A DNA stretch of 32,000 nt from Bacteriovoracia bacterium (GCA_050251055.1 JBFWNL010000002.1:223814-255813), one strand, 5' to 3'. Shown: positions 17,751-27,291, numbered from the stretch's first letter. Numbers and translations are program-made. Notes: a model not told the origin generated them from the letters alone.

Positions 17751-18014
17751 CCAATTCAATTCATATCTAACCATTTGAAATAAATAGATTTTACCATTAT
17801 CAAGAAAACTTTATGAAATTTTATTAACTATTTGGATTCACTATGATTCTCGGATGTGGGAGTTTTCGAGCACGCATTATTCGATCCCACCCTCCTCCAA
17901 AAACCAAAAAATACGAGCCGATTTGCGCCAAATTTTTCTAGACTGCCCACTCTCCCCACGTAAAAAAAACGCACGAGAATTTAAGAAAGCTTAACCACCC
18001 AGTCACGCACGCGT

Positions 18015-18824
18015 GTGCATTTCCTTCGGAAATCCCTGCGGATTTGCGTTTTTGGCGACATCGCCTCGCGACGATGCTATCTTCTTAAAAGATTGACCCA
18101 AACAAATCACCGCATCCTCATAGTCGAAGACAATGCCGAAGTCCGCGAGCTAATCGCGGATGCCCTCCACGACGAGTTCATCGTCGATGTCGCCGAAACC
18201 CTGGGCCATGCGGACGAAAAGCTCAGTCTGCACGCGATCGACTTGATCTTCCTGGATGTGAATTTGCCGGACGGCAACGGATTTCAGTACTGCTCGAAGA
18301 TCCGTAATTCACCGACCACACGGGACATTCCCGTGATCTTTCTCACCGGCAACGTCGAAGTGCACGACAAGGTGCTAGGGTTTTCCATTGGCGCGGACGA
18401 CTACATAACGAAACCCTTCCACTTAGAAGAGCTCCGGATGCGCGCCCGCGCGCGCATCGGCCGCGCCCGAACCAGTGGGCCAACCGAAACTGTTTTGCAG
18501 GTGGGAAATCTCCGGCTCGATACCGAACGGCACCGCGCTGCCCTCAATGCGAACGGCCAAGAACTGACCTTGGATACCACGCCCATCGAATTCAAACTGC
18601 TCTTGCACTTCGCTAGACACGGAAAGAACGTCATTTCACGCGAAAATCTCATCGAATTCATATGGGATAAGAACACTTCCATTACCGAGCGCGCCATCGA
18701 CACGCACCTCAGCAACCTGCGCAAGAAGGTAACCGCCTGGGATCATACGATCCTTTCCGTGCGTGGCGTGGGCTACAAGTTAGCCAGCAAAGCCAGCAGC
18801 TCGGAAAACCAAAATCCTACGTAA
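18015..18824 (+). CDS. OmpR/PhoB-type response regulator (receiver + winged helix)
   Basis: 'HRILIVEDNAEVRELI', 'IDLIFLDVNLPDGNGF', 'VIFLTGN', 'DDYITKPF', C-terminal 'TPIEFKLLLHFARHGKNVISRENLIEFIW...IDTHLSNLRKKV...LSVRGVGYKL'. The GTG at 18015 is uncertain. The real start may be nearer 'TQTNHRILIVEDN'. Confidence 0.92.
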   Translation: MHFLRKSLRICVFGDIASRRCYLLKRLTQTNHRILIVEDNAEVRELIADALHDEFIVDVAETLGHADEKLSLHAIDLIFLDVNLPDGNGFQYCSKIRNSPTTRDIPVIFLTGNVEVHDKVLGFSIGADDYITKPFHLEELRMRARARIGRARTSGPTETVLQVGNLRLDTERHRAALNANGQELTLDTTPIEFKLLLHFARHGKNVISRENLIEFIWDKNTSITERAIDTHLSNLRKKVTAWDHTILSVRGVGYKLASKASSSENQNPT

Positions 18825-18833
18825 TCCTTAGAC

Positions 18834-21800
18834 TCAGGTACGGGTAGTGGAACGCGGTTTCCCACGCGTATCGCTCAGGTCTGGCACCGCGGGCGCGGCC
18901 TGGCTGCCGTTCACGGGCGTAAGGCCCGGTTTGGCGTGCGCATGCGCGCCATTTCCATTGCGCGCGGCTTCCCGTTCGGACTCCGCTAGTTTCTCGGCAT
19001 GCGTTTTTTTCTCGCGGCTGACGATCATATAAAAGCTAGGTACCACGAGCAAAGTCAGGAACGTGGAAACCACCACCCCACCAATCACGGCGAGCGCCAT
19101 GGGCACCCGGGTCTCGGCGCCCGGACCGATGGCTAACGCGGGAGGAATGGCGCCCACGGTGGTCGCAATCGAGGTCATGAGAATGGGACGCAGACGCATG
19201 GGACAAGCGTGAATGAGCGCGTCTCGGATATTCATCCCTTGCTCCCGCATGTGGTTGGTGAAGTCGACGAGCAAAATGGAGTTCTTTTTCACGATCCCCA
19301 TAAGCAGGATGATGCCGATCACGCTGTACATGTTCAAACTATGCCCGCCGGGAAAAAGGGCGATCAGGGCGCCGGAAATACCGAATGGCAACGCCATAAG
19401 CACCGTAACGGGGTGAATGAAGCTATTGAACTGGGATGCGAGCACCATATACGAGATGATCAACCCCATCACGAGGGCCATGACGGCCGCCATGCCCGAC
19501 TCCTTGAACGTCTTCGCGCTACCGCTGACGTTCATTCGGTAGCCCGCCGGCAGCACTTGCTTCGTGATGCGATCGATGGCCTCAAGCGCCGCTGCCTGCG
19601 ACTTTCCGGTCGCCACGTTCGCGAAGATACTAATCGCGCGCTCCCGATCCTTACGGGAAATGGACTGAAGCCCAGGCACCCGCTCGATCTTAATGACCTG
19701 TCCTAGTGGAATGAGCTCGCCGCGGTTGTTGCGGACCATCACCGTGTTTAAGTCCTGAATCTTTTGCTGTTCATCCGGAGCCATCTTCACGCGGATATCG
19801 AAACGATGGCCGCCGCGCGAAAACTTGCCCGCGACCGCGCCACCCATCAGCGCGCTGACCGCTTGGCCCACGTCGGCGACGCTCACGCCGCGTAGGCGCG
19901 CGCGCTCACGGTCGGGTACCACATGATACTCTTCAACGTTCCCGCGATAGTCGGAGTCGATGTCGCTCATCAACCCGGTCTTCTCCATCTCGGCCAGCAC
20001 CTTCTTGGTCGAATCGATCAGCACGTCCCAACGCTCCCCCTGGAGCGCGAACTCGATGGGAAAGCCCCGGCTGCCGGAAAACCCGCCTTGGGACAAATCC
20101 ATGATGAAAGCGGATACGCCTTTAATCTGCTTCAAATCGGTCCGTAATGCCGCCGCGATCTCCTGCTGCGTGCGGGCCCGGCCCAGTTTTTCATCCCTCG
20201 GCCTTTGCTCTTTCGCTTTCAAGGTCACGAAGAGCATGGCCGTATTCACTTCACCGCCCCCGAATCCCCCGATCGCGGCGAAATACCGTTCCGCCTCCGG
20301 GAGCTTCGCGACCATATCCTCAACCTCGCGGGTCTTGCCGTCGGTGAAGTCAAACGAAGAACCTTCGTCCGTCTTCAGTCGCATCAACAACGTCGACATG
20401 TCCTGCGACGGTACGAATTCCTTTTTTAAAAATGGAATAAGCGCCAGGCTTCCCGCGAAAAGCCCCAAAGCGACCAGGACCGTAGTCCATTTACGCGCCA
20501 GCAACGTCGGAAGGATACGCGTATAGATCTGCGCCAGCCGGTGGAAGCCGTCCTCCACGAACTTACCGAGACGAGAAGTTCGTTCGCCGATCTCCAAAAA
20601 TTGGGACGTCCGCATGGGCGTCAGAGTGAGCGCCTCGAGCAAGGAGAGGGCGACCGCGACCGAGATCGTCACCCCAAACTGGTAAAAAAACTTGCCGACG
20701 ATCCCGCTCATAAACGCGATCGGGAGGAAGATGGCGATGATCGCGGCGGTGGCGGCCAAAGCGGCGAACGTGATCTCGCGGGCGCCGTCGGAAGCCGCTT
20801 GCATCTTGCCCTTGCCGTCTTCGCGATGCCGCACGATGTTCTCGAGCACCATGATGGCATCATCGACCACGATACCGATGGCCAGCGAGAGGCCGAGCAA
20901 GGTAAAGGTATTGAGGGTGAAGTTCAAATATTTAAGGACGATGAATGTCCCCAATATCGAGGTCGGAATGGCCAAGATCACGTTCATGGTCGCCGACCAC
21001 GAACCCAGGAATACCCAGCAAACCAGCGCGGTCAAAACGGCCGAGAGCACGAGCGTAAAATTTAGTTCGTGGATAGACTCCTTGATAAATCGGGTAGAAT
21101 CGAAGTTGACCCCCAGCTTAACGTTCGGCGGCAGGGTTTTAGAGATTTCCTGCATGCGGGCCCGCACGTTTTCCGCGACCTGCACCGCGTTCACGCCACG
21201 TTGCTTGCGAATCCCCATCCCGACGGCCGGAGCGCCCATCACGCGCGAACGGCGGCGAACGTCCGCCAGGCCCTCCTCGATGGTTGCCACCTGATCTAGC
21301 GCCATGGGCGTGTAATTAGGCAGGCCACCGCGCTTTTGGATCATGAGCCGGCTGAACTCGTCCGCGGACTCCGCCTCGCCCATCGTGCGAATATTGAATT
21401 CCTTATTAGCCACGTCGATGCGGCCGGCCGGAGGCTCAGCATGCTCCATTTGAATCGTATTAATGACGTCGGAAACGGCGAGCGCATGCTGATTCAGTTT
21501 CTTTTGGGATACCCAAACGCGCAGATTGGGTTCCACGTACCCACCCAAGAAAACGTCCGCCACGCCCGGCACGGTCGCGAAGCGGTCACGCAATCGATCG
21601 CGCACAAACGACATGAGCTGAGGCAGCGGCATATCGGGCGAAGAAACGGCCATCCACATGATCGGCTGGTCCTCGGGATTGGTCTTCATCACGATCGGCG
21701 GATCCACGTCCTTGGGTAGCTCGCGCTGCGCCTGCGTGATCTTCGTTTGAATTTCCTGAACGGCGATATCAATGTTTTTATCGAGATCGAACTCGACAGT

Positions 21801-22073
21801 AATGTTGGCCAGACCGCTACGCGCGGTGGAGGAAACGCCGATGATGCCTTGGATGGACATGAGCGCGCTCTCGATCGGATCGACCACGCTGAGCTCCATC
21901 ACCTCCGGCGCGGCTCCGTTTAGCGTCACCGAAATATTGACCACGGGAAAATCGATGTCGGGAAGCTGTGAAACGCCCATGCGTTGGAATCCGACCCATC
22001 CGAAGAGGATGAGCGAAATCATGAGCATCCAAGCGAATACGGGTTTGCGTATGGACAGGTCGGAAATATTCAC
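18834..22073 (-). CDS. RND-family efflux permease (AcrB/MdtB/HAE1-like)
   Basis: 'IRKPVFAWMLMISLILFGWVGFQRMGVSQLPDIDFPVVNISVTLNGAAPEVME', 'GLSLAIGIVVDDAIMVLENI', 'IIGIILLMGIVKKNSILLVDFTNHM'. GTG start. Confidence 0.95.
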   Translation of the reverse strand: MNISDLSIRKPVFAWMLMISLILFGWVGFQRMGVSQLPDIDFPVVNISVTLNGAAPEVMELSVVDPIESALMSIQGIIGVSSTARSGLANITVEFDLDKNIDIAVQEIQTKITQAQRELPKDVDPPIVMKTNPEDQPIMWMAVSSPDMPLPQLMSFVRDRLRDRFATVPGVADVFLGGYVEPNLRVWVSQKKLNQHALAVSDVINTIQMEHAEPPAGRIDVANKEFNIRTMGEAESADEFSRLMIQKRGGLPNYTPMALDQVATIEEGLADVRRRSRVMGAPAVGMGIRKQRGVNAVQVAENVRARMQEISKTLPPNVKLGVNFDSTRFIKESIHELNFTLVLSAVLTALVCWVFLGSWSATMNVILAIPTSILGTFIVLKYLNFTLNTFTLLGLSLAIGIVVDDAIMVLENIVRHREDGKGKMQAASDGAREITFAALAATAAIIAIFLPIAFMSGIVGKFFYQFGVTISVAVALSLLEALTLTPMRTSQFLEIGERTSRLGKFVEDGFHRLAQIYTRILPTLLARKWTTVLVALGLFAGSLALIPFLKKEFVPSQDMSTLLMRLKTDEGSSFDFTDGKTREVEDMVAKLPEAERYFAAIGGFGGGEVNTAMLFVTLKAKEQRPRDEKLGRARTQQEIAAALRTDLKQIKGVSAFIMDLSQGGFSGSRGFPIEFALQGERWDVLIDSTKKVLAEMEKTGLMSDIDSDYRGNVEEYHVVPDRERARLRGVSVADVGQAVSALMGGAVAGKFSRGGHRFDIRVKMAPDEQQKIQDLNTVMVRNNRGELIPLGQVIKIERVPGLQSISRKDRERAISIFANVATGKSQAAALEAIDRITKQVLPAGYRMNVSGSAKTFKESGMAAVMALVMGLIISYMVLASQFNSFIHPVTVLMALPFGISGALIALFPGGHSLNMYSVIGIILLMGIVKKNSILLVDFTNHMREQGMNIRDALIHACPMRLRPILMTSIATTVGAIPPALAIGPGAETRVPMALAVIGGVVVSTFLTLLVVPSFYMIVSREKKTHAEKLAESEREAARNGNGAHAHAKPGLTPVNGSQAAPAVPDLSDTRGKPRSTTRT

Positions 22074-23377
22074 TACTGGGCACTCCTCAGCCCGGCGGAA
22101 GCGGGCACGCTGCCGACGGACGTTTCCAGCGCGATGAAGGCCTGTTTAGCCGTGAACTGCGTCTTGTCGAGGGCGCGCTGGGTATCGACGAAACTGTTCA
22201 GGGCTTGTAACACATCCAGGTTGGTGGTCAAACCCAGGCTATAATCGCGCAGCTGCTCCCGATAGTTCTTTTCGGAAATTTCCAACGCGCTTTTGTAAGC
22301 TTCGATTTGTTTTTGGGTGCTCACCAAGAAGTCGTAGTTAATCAAAATGGTTTCCTGCGCCGTACGACGCAGCCGAGATAGGCCCAGTTCCGCGACCTTA
22401 CGGCGTTCGGCGGCTTCGCGCACTTCCGACTGGATCACCCCGCCTTGAAATAACGGAAAAGTGGCCGACAAACCTACATCCCACTTAGTATCCCGCAGGA
22501 CACCAGTGCGGGCGAGATAGTAGTTGGCGCCGAAATCAATCGAAGGGAGATGAGCTCCCCAGGCAACGCTCACTTCGGCCTCCGATGCCTCGACCCGCTC
22601 TACCTGGGCGCGAACGTCGTAGCGAGATTCCACACGGGAAAAGTAGGCATCCACGGATGGCAGCGGATTCGGCAACTGAACCGAGTCCTGAAGCGAGAAC
22701 TCCCCGGAAACTCCGGTCACCAGCTCAAAATTACGTTTCGCTTGCGCGGCCACGGCCTTGGCGGCCTCCAGCTGCGCCGTCACCGTCGAGCGCTGAACCT
22801 GGGCCGTGAGCGACTCGCCGTTACGTGAGCGACCGATGCGCACGCGCTGGTTGATCTCGGCGACACGTTTTTCCGTCAGCTCCAGGAGGTGGTTCAAGTT
22901 GCGTAAATCCTGCTGCGCGGAAAGGTGGCCATAAAAGGCATCGCCCACCGTTCGATAAAGCTCGACGCGTGTCTGCGACTCCGCGGCGACCTGGGCCGCG
23001 TAGTTGGCGTTCGTTCCCCGCACCGCCGCGAACTCACGTAAACCGCGGAAGATCGGCTGATTCAAGTTGAGACGGGCGTTGTATTGCACGGGGTCCGTGA
23101 AACTCGAAGTGGGTGCGTTCCCGGTATCTTGCCGAGTATAAGTCCCCACCAAATTGATCGTCGGAAAGATCGCGCCCTTGGCCTGGGAGACGAGCTCCTC
23201 CGCCTGACGAGTTGTCGCCTCCGCGATCGGCACCGTTTCCGTTTTTTGAATAGCAGACACGTAAGCCTGCTCCAACCCCAGGACGGGAACGGCCTGCGCA
23301 GGACCTCCGAATAGCCCCAACGCCAAAGCCAGCGACGACACAATGAACGCGTTCTTTCTTTTGCTAGTCACTAGCAA
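22073..23377 (-). CDS. TolC-family outer-membrane efflux protein
   Basis: Signal peptide, 'LNQPIFRGLREFAAVRGTNANY', 'YRTVGDAFYGHLSAQQDLRNLNHLLELTEKRV', 'RDYSLGLTTNLDVLQALNSFVDTQRAL'. Start is ambiguous: TTG at 23377 or GTG at 23371. Confidence 0.92.
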   Translation of the reverse strand: MLVTSKRKNAFIVSSLALALGLFGGPAQAVPVLGLEQAYVSAIQKTETVPIAEATTRQAEELVSQAKGAIFPTINLVGTYTRQDTGNAPTSSFTDPVQYNARLNLNQPIFRGLREFAAVRGTNANYAAQVAAESQTRVELYRTVGDAFYGHLSAQQDLRNLNHLLELTEKRVAEINQRVRIGRSRNGESLTAQVQRSTVTAQLEAAKAVAAQAKRNFELVTGVSGEFSLQDSVQLPNPLPSVDAYFSRVESRYDVRAQVERVEASEAEVSVAWGAHLPSIDFGANYYLARTGVLRDTKWDVGLSATFPLFQGGVIQSEVREAAERRKVAELGLSRLRRTAQETILINYDFLVSTQKQIEAYKSALEISEKNYREQLRDYSLGLTTNLDVLQALNSFVDTQRALDKTQFTAKQAFIALETSVGSVPASAGLRSAQ

Positions 23378-23380
23378 AAG
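23358..23380. promoter_or_regulatory. 23-bp near-perfect palindrome over the tolC start codon
   Basis: CTTTTGCTAGT-C-ACTAGCAAAAG, 11-bp arms, 1-nt centre. Confidence 0.75.
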
Positions 23381-23414
23381 GCTAACAGGACGCGCCTGGC
23401 CGTCTACTGAATTT

Positions 23415-23438
23415 ATCTTGACGTAGTGGCGTCAAGAT
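23415..23438. repeat. 24-bp inverted repeat upstream of tolC
   Basis: ATCTTGACG-tagtgg-CGTCAAGAT, perfect 9-bp arms. Confidence 0.8.
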
Positions 23439-23459
23439 CTTGGAATATCAACGAAAAAG

Positions 23460-25580
23460 TTACTCTACCGTAACCAACAAAGCGAACGGTTGCTTACCTG
23501 CCTTGCCCTGAGGAACGTTCACGCCCTGAACGGTAACGACGTACTCGCCAGCGGCCAAACCACTCAGCTCCAGCATCTCGTGGTTATTCACTCGATCCGC
23601 TAGCTGCATTTTTTTCCCATCCGCGCCCGTCACGACCAAGTCGAGGTCGTTTACCAACGCCTTGGCCGCCATCGAGGCCCCTGGGGCATCGGTGTACACA
23701 AGCGTCGCCCGGAGCTTGCCCGCCGCCCCCACCTCCACCGTGATATCCTTGCGCTCGCCCACGCCCACGCCCGCGGTCTCATCCACGAATTGGGTTTCCG
23801 CCAAGTTCGTCGCTTGATCCATATCCACCCGGCCGTAGCCTTCGTGGATGTTCGGCCGCCGTTTTGGCAATTCCTGGGTGCTTCCTTCCCCGTACTGACC
23901 CGGAAACAGGTCCTTAGCAGAATGGAGCAACGCCGCCTTCACGATCGCCGCCGACGGATTCGCGAGCTTACGGTCCTTGATGAGGTACTCGCGCACGACC
24001 GTGGCCGCGCCCGCCGTCAGCGGGGTAGCCATCGAGGTACCGCCGGCGTAAACGTAGTTATCGTCGTAGGCACCCCAAAGCAGGCCCGCCTTCGGGTGCT
24101 TGGAGCGGGTGCTGACGATGTTCGTGCCTGGCGCCACGATTTCGGGCTTCAGACGGCCGTCATTCGTCGGACCACGCGAGCTGAACGCCGCGATCCCGTT
24201 TGGATTGTTCGAAAGCGTGTCGGACTTCAGCGGCTCGACGCCCCACTTCGTGGCGCCATCGCGCAGTTCACCGTGAGGCTTTTGAATGCCTCCTTGCCCC
24301 AACAGATTTTCCGAAGCGCCCACCGTCAACACGTTCTTCGCCGTACCGGGGGAACCAATCGAGTTTTCATCGATGCGCCCGTTCTTGTCTTTGTCCTGAC
24401 CGCTATTTCCGGCCGCAAAGAGCACGAGCATGTCGGGATTGTTCCACATGAAGGTATCCACTCGCGAAGCCATGGTCTCGTAGGCCCCGAAGTTCGTGGC
24501 CATGCCCCACGAATTGGAATGAATGCGCGCGCCCTCTTTATAGACGGTGCCCAACAAATCGTCGAAGTTCATGCTCCACGCGATGTTGTCAATCACCGGG
24601 CTCCAGATTCCTTCTGGCAAAAAGGAAGCCCCATAGGCACCGCCGCGCAGGATATCTTTGGACATCTTGCCATTGCCGACGATCGAACCCGCCACGTGCG
24701 TGCCGTGTCCGTTGGTGTCCTGCCAGCTCGATGAACCCAGACCTTTAGCGTAGCCCTTTTTCACCGCCGAAAGATCCGTGTGGTTCTTCGCGGTATCCCC
24801 CATATCGAGACCGGTATCGGCCATCGAGGCCGTCTGACCGGCGCCCGTCCAGCCACGGGACCAAGCGGCGTCGAAGTTCATGATCTTCGTCCCGCTTTCG
24901 TAGCCATTGAGCGGAATCGGATCGGCCCGAAATCCGGAAATGCGGGATTCAAGATCGCCCGTCATATCGAAAGCAAACGTTTCCAGGTGCGGAACCTCCT
25001 GCACCCACTGCACGCCCGAAAGATTGGCCACTTCGGCAAATGCCTCGGCTTCTACGCGCGCCACCAGGTCCAGGCCGCGCACTTCCACTTGTGAAACACC
25101 CGTCACACGGGCCAGGCGAGCCGCAAGTTCCCAAGACGATTGGCCTGGCCATACCGTAATCAGGACGACGGGCGATTCGGGAGCGTGAAACCCATTCTGC
25201 GGAGAGGCGAAGAGCGATGGGCTAAGTTTCCACTCACCCTTGAACTCCGAAACCGCGCGAACATTTGTTAACGCTCCGACGACCGTGCCCGCCGCGCCCG
25301 AAGGGCCGCGCACCAGGTAAGCATCGTCCGGCAGATAACCCAAAATCACCAAGCCTTCCGCTTCCAAGCCGGTTCGATCGGCGGCTTGGATCGTCGACTG
25401 GAACTGCACGACGAAAACCCGCTCATCATCTAAGAGGGACGGCCCGGCTTGCTGCAGGACTTCGGCGCTTTCATCACGCAAAGCTACGTCGCCGCGAAGC
25501 AGATGGAGAGTGTCTCCCGCCACCGCCGTCAGCCCGAACTGCGTTCCGAAAATTAAAGTCGCCGCGAGAATTTTTTTCAT
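23460..25580 (-). CDS. Exported S8 serine protease with C-terminal jelly-roll (KP-43-like architecture), complete triad
   Basis: 'ASMADTGLD', 'TNGHGTHVAGSI', 'LFAAGNSG', 'YAGGTSMATPLTAGAA'. C-terminal 'GKLRATLVYTDAPG...LVNDLDLVV'. Signal peptide MKKILAATLIFGTQFGLTAVAG. Confidence 0.93.
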   Translation of the reverse strand: MKKILAATLIFGTQFGLTAVAGDTLHLLRGDVALRDESAEVLQQAGPSLLDDERVFVVQFQSTIQAADRTGLEAEGLVILGYLPDDAYLVRGPSGAAGTVVGALTNVRAVSEFKGEWKLSPSLFASPQNGFHAPESPVVLITVWPGQSSWELAARLARVTGVSQVEVRGLDLVARVEAEAFAEVANLSGVQWVQEVPHLETFAFDMTGDLESRISGFRADPIPLNGYESGTKIMNFDAAWSRGWTGAGQTASMADTGLDMGDTAKNHTDLSAVKKGYAKGLGSSSWQDTNGHGTHVAGSIVGNGKMSKDILRGGAYGASFLPEGIWSPVIDNIAWSMNFDDLLGTVYKEGARIHSNSWGMATNFGAYETMASRVDTFMWNNPDMLVLFAAGNSGQDKDKNGRIDENSIGSPGTAKNVLTVGASENLLGQGGIQKPHGELRDGATKWGVEPLKSDTLSNNPNGIAAFSSRGPTNDGRLKPEIVAPGTNIVSTRSKHPKAGLLWGAYDDNYVYAGGTSMATPLTAGAATVVREYLIKDRKLANPSAAIVKAALLHSAKDLFPGQYGEGSTQELPKRRPNIHEGYGRVDMDQATNLAETQFVDETAGVGVGERKDITVEVGAAGKLRATLVYTDAPGASMAAKALVNDLDLVVTGADGKKMQLADRVNNHEMLELSGLAAGEYVVTVQGVNVPQGKAGKQPFALLVTVE

Positions 25581-25607
25581 CTTCTATTCCTTCAGGTTTG
25601 GTTCTCT

Positions 25608-25628
25608 CTGATCCCCGTAGTGGATCAG
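25608..25628. repeat. 5'-UTR inverted repeat upstream of the S8 protease
   Basis: CTGATCC-ccgtagt-GGATCAG, perfect 7-bp arms, 28-48 nt before the start codon. Confidence 0.55.
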
Positions 25629-25703
25629 GAAAAAGGGAAAATTCAAAGGGGGTGAGAGAATTTTTTCTTTACAGATGTTAACGCGGGGCCATACCTTTTC
25701 CCC

Positions 25704-26231
25704 ATGAACCGCAACCCATTCTCAGTATTCGCCGCGGCGCTAACCTGCTTCGCATCCATCACGCTTGCCACTGCGGCACCCACCCAGGCGGCAGCGGAAG
25801 CCAGCGGATTTTCCGCTAACGCCGCGCGCTCAACCGAGCTTGGCCTCATCATCGGAGAGCCGCTTGCTCTCTCGGGAAAATTCTGGATGGGCAATAACGC
25901 GATTGGCGCGGGACTAGGCTACTCCTTCAATAGCTATCTGCTGATTTTCGGAGATTACCTTTGGCACTTTCCCGGCTTATTCGGATCGCGTCATGAGTTT
26001 CTATCGCGCTTGCTGCCGTACGTTGGCGTAGGGGGTTACTTTGGCTTCTCGACGGATCGTCGCTCGCAGATGACCAACGGCGCTGCCGCATTGCGCATTC
26101 CCTTCGGCGCCGAGTACATCTTACCAAAGGCCCCCGTGTCCTTTACCTTAGAACTGGTTCCCGGCATCCGACTCGCGCCCAGCACGGGCGTTATCCTTCA
26201 GGGCGGCTTGGCCATCCGCTACTGCTTCTAG
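25704..26231 (+). CDS. Small outer-membrane-like protein
   Basis: Signal peptide, Gly/aromatic alternating strands, C-terminal phenylalanine ('GGLAIRYCF'). Confidence 0.7.
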   Translation: MNRNPFSVFAAALTCFASITLATAAPTQAAAEASGFSANAARSTELGLIIGEPLALSGKFWMGNNAIGAGLGYSFNSYLLIFGDYLWHFPGLFGSRHEFLSRLLPYVGVGGYFGFSTDRRSQMTNGAAALRIPFGAEYILPKAPVSFTLELVPGIRLAPSTGVILQGGLAIRYCF

Positions 26232-26314
26232 TTTTTAAAAACTCGGGAAAAAATGCGGCACCCGAAGCCGGTCGGCATATACGTGACCTTGGATGGCGCG
26301 AGCGGGCGCGGGAT

Positions 26315-26812
26315 CTAGCGGCCACTACTTTCCGGCGGCGTCTTCCGCCAACGGGTTTTCTTCTGGTTGAACGCCTCTAGCACGCGTCCTTCCAATATCT
26401 GCAGCTGTTCGCGCGCCGGCGGTTGCTTGAGGGCAATCTGCACGTAGAGATTACCGGGAAAGAGCGGAGCGTCCTTCGTCGGCTCCGGAAAAAAATACAT
26501 AAGGAATAGCGCTTCCGACTGGGCGCCCTTCGTGCGCACGCGGGTACGCGAGTCGATGCGGTCGGTGATCGACTCGCGGTAAGGCGCAAACTGGAACTTG
26601 GCCGGTGACTCCTGCTGAATGCGGGTGATCAATCCTTCGAGCGCCTCACTCAGCGTTTTTCCTTCGGCCTCCGCCCTCGTCTTCCAGTCGGAAGCGGGCG
26701 TCGTATCGGTGGGCATCAGTTGCAACCGAAAATGAGGTGCGGTCACGCTCGTCGCCTGATCGAACGTTTCCGCGCGCGTGAGCGCAAAACCCAAGAGAAT
26801 CATTGAAAGCAT
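26315..26812 (-). CDS. Exported protein of unknown function
   Basis: MLSMILLGFALTRAETFDQ... from the in-frame ATG at 26812. The longer ORF N-terminus is the Arg-rich shadow of the upstream gene. Confidence 0.55.
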   Translation of the reverse strand: MLSMILLGFALTRAETFDQATSVTAPHFRLQLMPTDTTPASDWKTRAEAEGKTLSEALEGLITRIQQESPAKFQFAPYRESITDRIDSRTRVRTKGAQSEALFLMYFFPEPTKDAPLFPGNLYVQIALKQPPAREQLQILEGRVLEAFNQKKTRWRKTPPESSGR

Positions 26813-27291
26813 GCTTCTATCCTCAAACCGGTCATTAAGGGCAGACTCCCGCCGCCGGAATTCAAGAGTACGGCGCCCCGCCAGCCCACTTGCAGCTGAA
26901 CTTCCTCGCTTTGGTAAAAAGGAAGGCCCGCGACCACGCCCAGAACTGGGCCTGCCACCGACGAATTCACGCCAAATCCCCCGTCCGCGCCCAGGTAGGG
27001 CGAAGTGGTCCGACTCGCGTCGAAACGATATTGCAGCCCGAAGCTGAAGCTGACCAGGCTCCACTCGCGTTGGCCGACGAGATTCAATTCAAGATAGACG
27101 GGCGCTTTCGCGATCTCCCACCCGTAGGCCGCGGAAACCCAGAACTGCGCGCCGGGATCGTTGGCCTGGGTTACCCAGCCCGTGCCCAACCCGGCGTTAT
27201 AGTGTTGCGTCGGGAGAACGGCCTCGTCGCCCCGGGCGCCCGGTGCAAAGCTCAACGCCCAAGCCACGAGAAGGACCCCGCGCGATCTCAA
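26800..27291 (-). CDS. Outer-membrane beta-barrel-like protein
   Basis: Signal peptide MRSRGVLLVAWALSFAPGARG (TTG start), then YLELNLVGQREWSLVSFSFGLQYRFDASRTTSPYLGADGGFGV. TTGA overlap with the upstream stop. Confidence 0.65.
   Translation of the reverse strand: MRSRGVLLVAWALSFAPGARGDEAVLPTQHYNAGLGTGWVTQANDPGAQFWVSAAYGWEIAKAPVYLELNLVGQREWSLVSFSFGLQYRFDASRTTSPYLGADGGFGVNSSVAGPVLGVVAGLPFYQSEEVQLQVGWRGAVLLNSGGGSLPLMTGLRIEACFQ

Noticed and set aside
20541-21294. 174-aa and 200-aa plus-strand ORFs inside the RND gene
   Set aside because: His/Asp/Arg/Gly-rich antisense composition over a canonical RND permease. Not credible genes.
23790-24734. 314-aa plus-strand ORF opposite the KP-43-like subtilase
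   Set aside because: Long, but fully antisense to a protein with complete catalytic motifs. Typical high-GC shadow frame.
23422-25623. Shared 8-mer CGTAGTGG in the dyads at 23415-23438 and 25608-25628
   Set aside because: Short match, placed differently relative to the arms in each case. Probably coincidence without genome-wide support.
25265-25681. 138-aa plus-strand ORF
   Set aside because: Antisense to the subtilase N-terminus, Arg/Pro-rich, no supporting motif.
26230-26243. 14-bp palindrome AGTTTTTAAAAACT at a stop codon
   Set aside because: Simple A/T palindrome, too likely by chance and too weak as a hairpin.
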